Source of the DNA: Candidatus Geohabitans tengchongensis
GTDB taxonomy: Bacteria > Sysuimicrobiota > Sysuimicrobiia > Sysuimicrobiales > Humicultoraceae
Length of the DNA: 19,548 bases
Assembly (NCBI GenBank): GCA_031459625.1
Contig: JAVKIH010000004.1
Span: 90,885 to 110,432 of the forward strand
Reading direction: 5' to 3'
Part shown: piece by piece, positions 1-8,752 of the stretch
Numbering within the stretch: the stretch's first letter is position 1
How the letters are laid out: each line of letters opens with the position of its first letter
The notes under the pieces: model-generated
Seen by the model: only the letters and a program-made list of their open reading frames with translations
The model's database searches: none
Told to the model about the DNA's origin: nothing
Position numbers and translations under genes: made by a program

Positions 1-1
1 T

Positions 2-334
2 CTGGCGATGCTGGCCTCGCTGGGGCTGCCCGGCCTCATGGGCTTCGTGGCCGAGTTCCTCATCTTCCTGGGGGCCTTCGGCATCTTCCCGGCCATCGCC
101 GCGGTGGGGCTCCTCGGCATCGTCCTCAACGCCGGGATGTTCCTGTGGACCATCCGCCGGGTCTTCACCGGCCCGGTGAACGAGCGCTGGCGCGGGCTGC
201 CCGACCTGGACGCCCGGGAGTGGCTGGCGCTGGCCCCGCTGGCGGCGCTGATGCTGATCTTCGGCCTCTTCCCGCGGCCGCTGCTCGACCTCATCGACGT
301 GGCCATGACCGGATTGGTGACGGCGCTGCGGTGA
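2..334 (+). CDS. nuoM: NADH-quinone oxidoreductase subunit M, C-terminal part (5' end lies outside the window)
   Basis: LASLGLPGLMGFVAEFLIFLGAF and LPDLDAREWLALAPL...LIFGLFPRPLL match the NuoM C-terminus; directly upstream of nuoN. Confidence 0.93.
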   Translation: MAMLASLGLPGLMGFVAEFLIFLGAFGIFPAIAAVGLLGIVLNAGMFLWTIRRVFTGPVNERWRGLPDLDAREWLALAPLAALMLIFGLFPRPLLDLIDVAMTGLVTALR

Positions 335-410
335 GGGGCTCGGCGCTGCACGGCACGCGGGGGCGGGCGGGCGTAGGGGGCGGCGGCGCGCCGTCCCGGG
401 AGCGGGCGTG

Positions 411-1895
411 ATGCCGCCGGCCGCCGACCTCTGGGCGCTGCTGCCCGAGTTCTGGGTGACCGGGCTCGGCCTGCTCCTGCTGGTGCTGGCCGCGGTCGTG
501 CCGGCCCGCCAGGCCAACCTGGTCGGCTGGGTGGCGGCGGCGGGCCTGCTCCTCGGCCTGATCCCCACCTGGGGGCTGATCGAGACCCTGGGCGGGCCGG
601 GACGGCTGGTCCTGGCTCAGACCTACGCCGTCGACGGCTTCGCCGTCTTCTTCAAGGTCCTCGTCCTGGTGAGCAGCGCGCTGGTCGTGCTGGCGGCGGT
701 GGACTACTTCCGCAGCCCCGGCGAGCCTGCGCCGGCGGCGGCGCCCGGGACGCCCTTCGAGGCCGAGGTCTACGTCCTGATCGTCTTCGCCGCCCTGGCC
801 TTCATCCTCATGGCCGCCAGCGCCGACCTGGTGGTGCTGGCGTTGGCCATCGAGTTCGCCAGCCTGGCCTCCTACGTGCTGGCCGGCTACCTGAAGGGGC
901 ACCCGAAGAGCCACGAGGCCGGGCTGAAGTACTTCCTCTACGGCGCGGCCGCCTCGGCGACGATGTTCTACGGTTTCTCCGTCCTCTACGGCCTGGCCGG
1001 GTCCACCAACCTCTACACCATCGCCGAGCGGGTGCGCGGAGGGCCGCAGCCGGCGCTCGTGCTGTCGCTGGCGCTCATGCTGGCCGGCTTCGGCTTCAAG
1101 GTGGCCATGGTCCCCTTCCACCAGTGGACCCCGGACGTCTACGAGGGGTCTCCCACGCCGGTGGCGGCCTTCCTCTCCGTCGCCTCCAAGGCGGCCGGCT
1201 TCGCCGTGCTCCTGCGGGTCGTGGCAGTGGCCATCGCGCCCAGCGGCTTGGACTGGGTGAGCCTGGTGGCGGCGCTGTCGGCGGTCTCCATGGTATTGGG
1301 CAACCTCCTGGCGCTCCCCCAGCGCAACATCAAGCGCATGCTCGCCTACTCCACCGTCTCCCACGCCGGCTTCCTGCTCATGGGGGTGGCGGGGTTTGGC
1401 GGGGACCTCGGCAACCTGGGCCTCTTGGTCTACCTCTTCGCCTACCTCTTCTCCAACCTGGGGGCGTTCTTCGTGGCCTCCCTCATCGGGACGCAGCTGG
1501 GCTCCGACGACATCCCCGACTACGCCGGGCTGAGCCAGCGCGCCCCCGTCCTGGCGTTCCTCATGGCCCTCTTCATGCTCTCCCTCACCGGGATCCCGCC
1601 CACCGCCGTCTTCTTCGGCAAGCTCTACGTCTTCGGGGCGGTCCTGGAGCGCAGCCCCCAGCTCCTCTGGCTGGTGGCGGTGGGCGTGGTGAGCAGCGTC
1701 ATCGCCCTGTACTACTACGTGAGCGTCATCCGGGCGATGTACCTGCTGCCGCCGCGCGACCCCACCCCGGTGCGGGAGCCGGTGGCGCTCGGGGCGGCGC
1801 TGTGGGTGGCGGCGCTGGGGACCCTGGTGGTGGGCCTGTGGCCCCAGCCGGTGATCGATCTGGCGCGCACGGCAGTCTTGTTGCTGCGCCTGTAG
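411..1895 (+). CDS. nuoN: NADH-quinone oxidoreductase subunit N (alternative GTG start at 408)
   Basis: EAGLKYFLYGA, GFKVAMVPFHQWTPDVYEGSPTPV, NIKRMLAYST.SHAG and LSLTGIPPT motifs; about 14 hydrophobic segments; GGGAG at 398-402. Confidence 0.95.
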   Translation: MPPAADLWALLPEFWVTGLGLLLLVLAAVVPARQANLVGWVAAAGLLLGLIPTWGLIETLGGPGRLVLAQTYAVDGFAVFFKVLVLVSSALVVLAAVDYFRSPGEPAPAAAPGTPFEAEVYVLIVFAALAFILMAASADLVVLALAIEFASLASYVLAGYLKGHPKSHEAGLKYFLYGAAASATMFYGFSVLYGLAGSTNLYTIAERVRGGPQPALVLSLALMLAGFGFKVAMVPFHQWTPDVYEGSPTPVAAFLSVASKAAGFAVLLRVVAVAIAPSGLDWVSLVAALSAVSMVLGNLLALPQRNIKRMLAYSTVSHAGFLLMGVAGFGGDLGNLGLLVYLFAYLFSNLGAFFVASLIGTQLGSDDIPDYAGLSQRAPVLAFLMALFMLSLTGIPPTAVFFGKLYVFGAVLERSPQLLWLVAVGVVSSVIALYYYVSVIRAMYLLPPRDPTPVREPVALGAALWVAALGTLVVGLWPQPVIDLARTAVLLLRL

Positions 1896-1909
1896 CGGTC
1901 TGCTATCAT
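1881..1909 (+). promoter_or_regulatory. Putative sigma70-type promoter of the V/A-ATPase operon
   Basis: TTGCTG (1881-1886), 17-bp spacer, TATCAT (1904-1909), with extended -10 TG at 1901-1902; conspicuous in GC-rich context. Confidence 0.6.
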
Positions 1910-2134
1910 GACCCCGGTCTCCGGCCGCCCCGGGAGCGCGCTCCCAGGGCGTTTCGGATGTCAAGAGGCCCTTTTTCCCCCAGTGCGCTGCATACACCGA
2001 CCGACCGGGGGCGCCCGTCGTGCCCGCGGGGCGGGGAAGCCCGGGCCGAGGATGACGGACGGGACCACAGACGAGCGCGTGCCGAGGATGACCGCAGACC
2101 GGCCCCGGTCGGCGTGCCGGTCGGGAGCGTGGTG

Positions 2135-2527
2135 ATGGCCCACCAGCGACACCACCGTGAGGACGGCGAGGATGTCCTGCGCCTGATCGCCGAGAAGGAG
2201 CGCGAGCTGGAGGCGGCCATGGAGCAGGCCCGTCAGGAGGCCGCCGCCATCGTGGCCGCCGCCCGTGCCGAGGCAGAGGCGATCCGGGCGCGGGCGCGGC
2301 AGGAGGCCGAAGCGCTGGCGGCCGAGGCGCGCCGCCGCGCCGAGGCGGAGGTGGCCGCCATCACCGGGGAGGTGCTGGCGCAGGCCCGGCGCGAGGCGGA
2401 GGCGATCCGCGCCCGGGCGGCGGAGCGGGCCGACCAGGCCGTGCGGCTGGTGGTCGGGCGCGTCCTGGGCGGCGTGGCGGACGTGGCGCCGGTCCAAAGC
2501 GGCGGAGCCGGAGGGGGCGCGGCGTGA
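2135..2527 (+). CDS. V/A-type ATP synthase peripheral-stalk subunit G (archaeal subunit H equivalent), 130 aa
   Basis: Ala/Glu/Arg-rich coiled coil (LIAEKERELEAAMEQARQEAAAIVAAARAEAEAIR); first gene of the operon; GGGAG at 2123-2127; stop overlaps subunit I start (GTGA). Confidence 0.88.
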   Translation: MAHQRHHREDGEDVLRLIAEKERELEAAMEQARQEAAAIVAAARAEAEAIRARARQEAEALAAEARRRAEAEVAAITGEVLAQARREAEAIRARAAERADQAVRLVVGRVLGGVADVAPVQSGGAGGGAA

Positions 2528-4539
2528 TCGTCGCCATGAGCCGGGTGCTCGTGATCGGGCCGAAGCGCCTGCTGGCGGCGGTCCTGGAGGAGACGCAGCA
2601 GGTGGGGGCGCTCCACGTCGACCGCATCGAGGCGGAGGAGGTCCCGGCGGTGGCGCCGACCGCCGACGAGCACCGCGAGGAGCGGGAGGCGCTGGAACGG
2701 CTGCGCCTGCGTGTGGATGGCCTCCTGGGCCTGCTCCCGGGTGCGGCGGAAGAGGCGCTCCCCTCGACGGCGGAGGTCGCCGGCCGGCCGGTGGATGCCC
2801 TCGAGGCCGAGGTGGCGGCCATCGAGGCCGAGGTGCAGGCGCTGGTGCGGGCGCGCCTGGAGGCCCAGGACGAGCTCGAGCTCATCCGCAGCTACGAGAG
2901 CGCGGTGCGCGTGCTGGCGCCGCTGTTGGGGGCGCTCAGCGGCAGCCGGGCCTTCGAGACGGTCGGCTTCATCCTGCGCACCCGCGACCTGGCCCTCGTC
3001 CAGGACTTCCGCCGGCGTCTGGAGGAGCTGACCGAGGGGCGCGTCGGGGTCGTCAGCCGCGTGGTGGAGGAGGGGAAGGTCGGCGTCGTCGTCGCCTTCC
3101 TCCGCCGCGACGAGGAGGCGGTACGCAGCTTCCTGGCGCGCGCCGGGGTGAGCGAGCTGCGGCTGCCCAGCCAGTACGCCGACCGGCCCCCCGCCGAGGC
3201 CATCCGGGTGATGGAGGAGCGGCGCCGGGTCCTGCCCCAAGAGCTGGCGCGTCTGCAGGGCGAGCTGGCCGCGGCGGCGCGGCGCCACCGGCCGCGTCTC
3301 GTGGCCATCCGCGCCGTCCTGCAGGACCGTCTGGCCCGCCTGCAGGTCGTCCCGGCCCTGGCCCAGTCCCGCTACACCTTCATCCTGCACGGGTGGGCGC
3401 CCACGCGGCTCGTGGCCACCATCCGCCAGCGGCTGCGCCGCCGCTTCGGCGAGGAGGTCGTCGTCTACGACAGCCCCGCCGACCCCCACGAGGCGGAGCG
3501 CGTCCCCGTGCTGCTCGACAACCCCACGCCCATCCGGCCGTTCCAGCTGCTGCTGGGCCTCTTCCCGCCGCCGCGCTACGGCACCTGGGACCCGAGCCCC
3601 CTCATCGCCGTCACCTTCCCCATCTTCGTCGGCCTGGTCATCGGGGACGTCGGCTACGGCGCGCTCTTCTTCCTGTTCGGGTGGTGGCTGCGCAACCGCA
3701 GCCGCGCCGGGCGCGCCTGGACGGTGCCGGTGCTGGACGTGCGCCTCGACCCGCCGCTGCTCTGGGCGGTCTCCTGGCTGGTCCGGGTGATCGCGGTGTG
3801 GGTCATCGCCTTCGGCGTGGTCTACGGCGAAGTCTTCGGCAACCTGCCCGAGCTGTACGCCCATGCCCGCGGCATCGCCTTCCACCCCCTCTTCGACCGG
3901 GTGCACGAGCCGGGGACGACGCTCTACTTCCGCGCCATCCTGCTCTTCGGGGTGGTGATGGTCTACCTGGGCCTGGTGGGCCACCTGGTGATGGCGCTGC
4001 GCCACCGCCACCTGGAAGGGGTCTTCGAGAGCCTGGTGCTCATCGGCGCCTCCGGGGCGCTGCTGCTCTTCCTGGGCACCCAGGCGCAGATGCTGCCGGC
4101 GGCGCTGGCGCCCTGGAGCCTCTACCTGCTGCTGGCGGCGGTTGGGAGCGTGGTCGCCTTCGGGGTGGCCTCGCGTCGGCCGCGCGGCATGGCGGCGGGG
4201 CTCCTGTGGTTCCTGGAGTCCTTCACCGCCTTCGGGCACATCCTCTCGCACGCCCGGCTGATGGCCTTCGGCCTGGCGGCGGCGGCGCTGGCCATCGCCG
4301 CCAACCAGCTCGGTCCGGAGATGGTGGCGCAGTTCGGCCTGCCCGGGATCGTGGGCGCGGTGGTGGCCACGCTGCTCGCCGGCCTCTTCCAGGTGCTCTT
4401 CTTCCTCTTCACGATCATCGGGCACCTGATCCAGCCGGCGCGTCTGCACTGGATCGAGTTCCTCACGAAGGTGAAGTACCACGACGAGACGGGGCGGCCG
4501 TACGAGCCGCTGCGGTCCGCGGCGTCGCCGCGGTCGTGA
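2524..4539 (+). CDS. atpI: V/A-type ATP synthase subunit I (a), also called NtpI
   Basis: 671 aa; soluble N-half; PVLLDNP...PF, P.YG..DP and FPIFVGLVIGDVGYG motifs; essential-Arg motif ILSHARLMAFGLA; C-terminal RLHWIEF. Confidence 0.95.
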   Translation: MIVAMSRVLVIGPKRLLAAVLEETQQVGALHVDRIEAEEVPAVAPTADEHREEREALERLRLRVDGLLGLLPGAAEEALPSTAEVAGRPVDALEAEVAAIEAEVQALVRARLEAQDELELIRSYESAVRVLAPLLGALSGSRAFETVGFILRTRDLALVQDFRRRLEELTEGRVGVVSRVVEEGKVGVVVAFLRRDEEAVRSFLARAGVSELRLPSQYADRPPAEAIRVMEERRRVLPQELARLQGELAAAARRHRPRLVAIRAVLQDRLARLQVVPALAQSRYTFILHGWAPTRLVATIRQRLRRRFGEEVVVYDSPADPHEAERVPVLLDNPTPIRPFQLLLGLFPPPRYGTWDPSPLIAVTFPIFVGLVIGDVGYGALFFLFGWWLRNRSRAGRAWTVPVLDVRLDPPLLWAVSWLVRVIAVWVIAFGVVYGEVFGNLPELYAHARGIAFHPLFDRVHEPGTTLYFRAILLFGVVMVYLGLVGHLVMALRHRHLEGVFESLVLIGASGALLLFLGTQAQMLPAALAPWSLYLLLAAVGSVVAFGVASRRPRGMAAGLLWFLESFTAFGHILSHARLMAFGLAAAALAIAANQLGPEMVAQFGLPGIVGAVVATLLAGLFQVLFFLFTIIGHLIQPARLHWIEFLTKVKYHDETGRPYEPLRSAASPRS

Positions 4540-4590
4540 CGGGCCGCGCCCGGGCGGACCGGGGCGGCGATGTCAACGGGAGGTGATCGT

Positions 4591-4908
4591 GTGCGTGTCC
4601 TGCTGGTCGGTGTGGTGATGGCCCTGCTGTTCGTGGCGCCCGCGGCCGCGGCCCCGGAGGAGGCCCCGGCGGCCCCGGCGGGGCTGGGGCTGGGGGCGGG
4701 CCTGCTAGGCCTGGCCGCCGCGGTGGCGGTGGGGCTGGGGGCGCTGGGGACAGCCTGGGCGCAGGCCCGCATCGGGTCGGCGGCGGCCGGCGCGATGGCG
4801 GAGCGGCCGGAGATCGGCGGCCGGTTGCTGATCTTCCTGGCCCTGCCGGAGACGATGATCATCCTGGGCTTCCTGGTGGCCTTCTTCGTCATCGGCCGGA
4901 TCCGCTGA
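4591..4908 (+). CDS. atpK: V/A-type ATP synthase proteolipid subunit K (c/L) with N-terminal signal-like presequence, 105 aa
   Basis: Strong SD GGAGGTGAT (4579-4587) before GTG 4591; AQARIGSAAAGAMAERPE and ion-carrying Glu in LALPETMIILGF; single-hairpin proteolipid. Confidence 0.93.
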   Translation: MRVLLVGVVMALLFVAPAAAAPEEAPAAPAGLGLGAGLLGLAAAVAVGLGALGTAWAQARIGSAAAGAMAERPEIGGRLLIFLALPETMIILGFLVAFFVIGRIR

Positions 4909-4909
4909 G

Positions 4910-5488
4910 GTGGCCCACGAGCTGATCGCCCTCCTGGAGCGGGAGGCGGCGGCCGAGCGGGAGCGCGTGCTCGCCGCCGCCCGCGCCGAGGCCGACGAGA
5001 TCCGGCGCGCCGCCGAGGCCGAGGCCCGGGAGGAGCTGGAGCGCCAGCGCGAGGCCGTGGAGGCGGAGGTGCGGACGGCCCGCGTGCGCGCCCAGTCCAC
5101 GGCGCGGCTGCAGGCGCAGGCCCTGGTGCTGGCCGCCAAGGACGAGGCCCTGAACGCGGTCTTCTCTCGCGCGGCGGAGGCCCTGGAGGCGGTGGTCCGG
5201 GACCGGGCGCGCTACGCCCGGGTGCTGGACCACCTGGTCGCCGAGGGCCTGAACGACTTCCCCGACCCGGTGGTGGTGGAGGCGCACCCGGACGACCTCG
5301 AACCGGTGCGGGCGGCGGTGGCCCGCCTGCGGGCGGACACCGAGGTGCGGCCGGCGCCGGACGTGCGGGCCGGCGTCCGCCTGCGCGCGCCCGACGGCCG
5401 CTACGTCGTCCTCAACACCCTGCCCCAGCGGCTCGAGCGCGCGCGGCCGGCGCTGCTGGCGGAGGTGGCACGGGTCCTGTGGGGGTAG
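4910..5488 (+). CDS. atpE: V/A-type ATP synthase subunit E (NtpE)
   Basis: N-terminal coiled coil plus C-terminal domain ending GVRLRAPDGRYVVLNTLPQRLERARP.L.AEVARVLWG; operon position. Confidence 0.92.
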   Translation: MAHELIALLEREAAAERERVLAAARAEADEIRRAAEAEAREELERQREAVEAEVRTARVRAQSTARLQAQALVLAAKDEALNAVFSRAAEALEAVVRDRARYARVLDHLVAEGLNDFPDPVVVEAHPDDLEPVRAAVARLRADTEVRPAPDVRAGVRLRAPDGRYVVLNTLPQRLERARPALLAEVARVLWG

Positions 5489-5529
5489 CGGGCGGCCGCG
5501 GCACGGCGGCGGCGGGCCGCTAGGCGCGC

Positions 5530-6588
5530 ATGCCGGACTTCCCCTACATCAACGCCCGGGTGCGGGCCATGCGCGCCCGGCTGCTGGACAGCGGGCGCCT
5601 GGAGGAGCTGCTGGCCGCGCCCACCTTCGACGCCTTCCTCCAGGCCCTGGCCACCACGCCGTACGGCGCCGACCTCCAGGAGGCGCTCACCCGCCACCGC
5701 GGGCTGGCCGCCGTGGACGAGGCGCTGGCGCGCCACTTCCACGCCACCACCCAGCGCATCCTCGGCTTCGCCGACGGGCGGCCGCGGACGCTCATCGAGG
5801 CGTTTCTGCGGCGGTGGGACCTGGCCAACGTGCGGGCGGTGCTGCGGGGCAAGCACACGGGGCGGTCCCCGGAGGAGATCGCCGCCTCGCTGTGGCCCGC
5901 CGGCACGCTCGGCGAGGTGGCCCTGCGCGAGCTGGCCCGCCAGCCCGACATCCCGGCCGTGGTGGGCTCGCTGGAGGCCCTCGGCCACCCCTTCGCCATC
6001 CCCCTGGCGGAGGGGTTGGGCGCCTACGCGGAGACGCGGGACCTGCTGGCCCTGGAGCTGCGGCTGGACCGCTTCTACACCGGGCACGTCCTGCAGGTGG
6101 CGCGCGGCGGCGGCCACAACGAGACGGTGCTGCGGGAGCTCGTCCAGGCCGAGATCGACGCGCTCAACGTGAAGACCGCCCTCAAGCTGGCCCGCCTGGC
6201 CCCGGACGCGCCGGCGGAGCCGCGCGCGCCGGGGCAGGAGGCGGAGCGCCTGCGCTTCTTCATCCCCGGCGGGGCCCTCACCACCGAGGAGCTCTTCCTC
6301 CTGCTGAGCCACCCGGCCACCCTCGAGCAGGGGTGGCGGGCGCTGCGCGTGCGCGGCTTCCCCGTGGCCCGCCCCCCGGAGGATTTGACCGCCTTCGAAA
6401 AGACGCTCGACCAGCTCCTGGCCCGCGGGGCGGCACGCCTCTACCTGGGGGACCCCCTGGGCCTGGACGTCGTGGTGGGCTACCTGGCCCTCAAGTACAA
6501 TGAGGTCGTGAACCTGCGGTTGATCGCCCGCAGCAAGGCCCTCGGTCTGCCCCGCGAGCTGGTCCGTCGCGAGATGGTGCTGGTGTAG
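5530..6588 (+). CDS. atpC: V/A-type ATP synthase subunit C (d/AC39, NtpC)
   Basis: DFPYINARVRAMRARLL, RWDLANVRAVLRGK and YLALKYNEVVNLRLIARSKALGLP motifs. Confidence 0.94.
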   Translation: MPDFPYINARVRAMRARLLDSGRLEELLAAPTFDAFLQALATTPYGADLQEALTRHRGLAAVDEALARHFHATTQRILGFADGRPRTLIEAFLRRWDLANVRAVLRGKHTGRSPEEIAASLWPAGTLGEVALRELARQPDIPAVVGSLEALGHPFAIPLAEGLGAYAETRDLLALELRLDRFYTGHVLQVARGGGHNETVLRELVQAEIDALNVKTALKLARLAPDAPAEPRAPGQEAERLRFFIPGGALTTEELFLLLSHPATLEQGWRALRVRGFPVARPPEDLTAFEKTLDQLLARGAARLYLGDPLGLDVVVGYLALKYNEVVNLRLIARSKALGLPRELVRREMVLV

Positions 6589-6906
6589 ATGGCGCGCGCC
6601 GCCGTCATCACCGACCCCGAGACCGCCACCGGCTTCCGCCTGGCCGGCGTGGAGGTGCGCGAGGCGGCCACGCCGCAGGAGGCACTGGAGCAGCTGCGCC
6701 AGCTCATCGCGCTGGACTACAGCCTCGTGGCGGTGAACGAGGACCTGCTGGCGGGGACGGAGGAGGAGCGGGCCCGGGTCCTGCGCGGCCGGGACCTGCC
6801 GGTGGTCGTGCCCGTGCCCGCCCCGCGCGCGCAGGTGGAGAGCGGGGAGGCCTACATCGCCCGCCTGGTGCGGGAGCACATCGGGTTCTACGTGAAGCTC
6901 CGCTAG
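6589..6906 (+). CDS. atpF: V/A-type ATP synthase subunit F
   Basis: [18 protein letters not shown]-terminus and [13 protein letters not shown]-terminus; abuts the subunit C stop. Confidence 0.94.
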   Translation: MARAAVITDPETATGFRLAGVEVREAATPQEALEQLRQLIALDYSLVAVNEDLLAGTEEERARVLRGRDLPVVVPVPAPRAQVESGEAYIARLVREHIGFYVKLR

Positions 6907-6943
6907 CCCTAGCCTGGCGGGGCCGGACGGGAGGAGGACAGCG

Positions 6944-8734
<1,791 letters not shown>

Positions 8735-8752
8735 GGAGCTGAGGAGGAGCCG

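Noticed and set aside
711..760. Ala/Pro-rich insertions in NuoN (also the subunit C loop and subunit A tail)
   Set aside because: Typical low-complexity loop expansions in very high-GC genomes
1..1895. Mrp antiporter or hydrogenase membrane subunits instead of NuoM/NuoN
   Set aside because: M-then-N order at the operon end and NuoN-type motifs (WTPDVYEGSPTPV) favour complex I, although upstream genes are not visible
291..1997. Long minus-strand ORFs (291-1997, also 2233-4482, 5401-7083, 9875-11770, 11695-12894)
   Set aside because: Antisense shadows of well-supported high-GC genes; low-complexity products with no motifs
1124..2134. 467-aa ORF suggesting a long N-terminal extension of subunit G
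   Set aside because: Overlaps nuoN out of frame and is Arg/Pro/Gly-rich; SD and homology support the start at 2135. The track's upstream extensions of subunit D, gap and pgk are rejected on the same grounds
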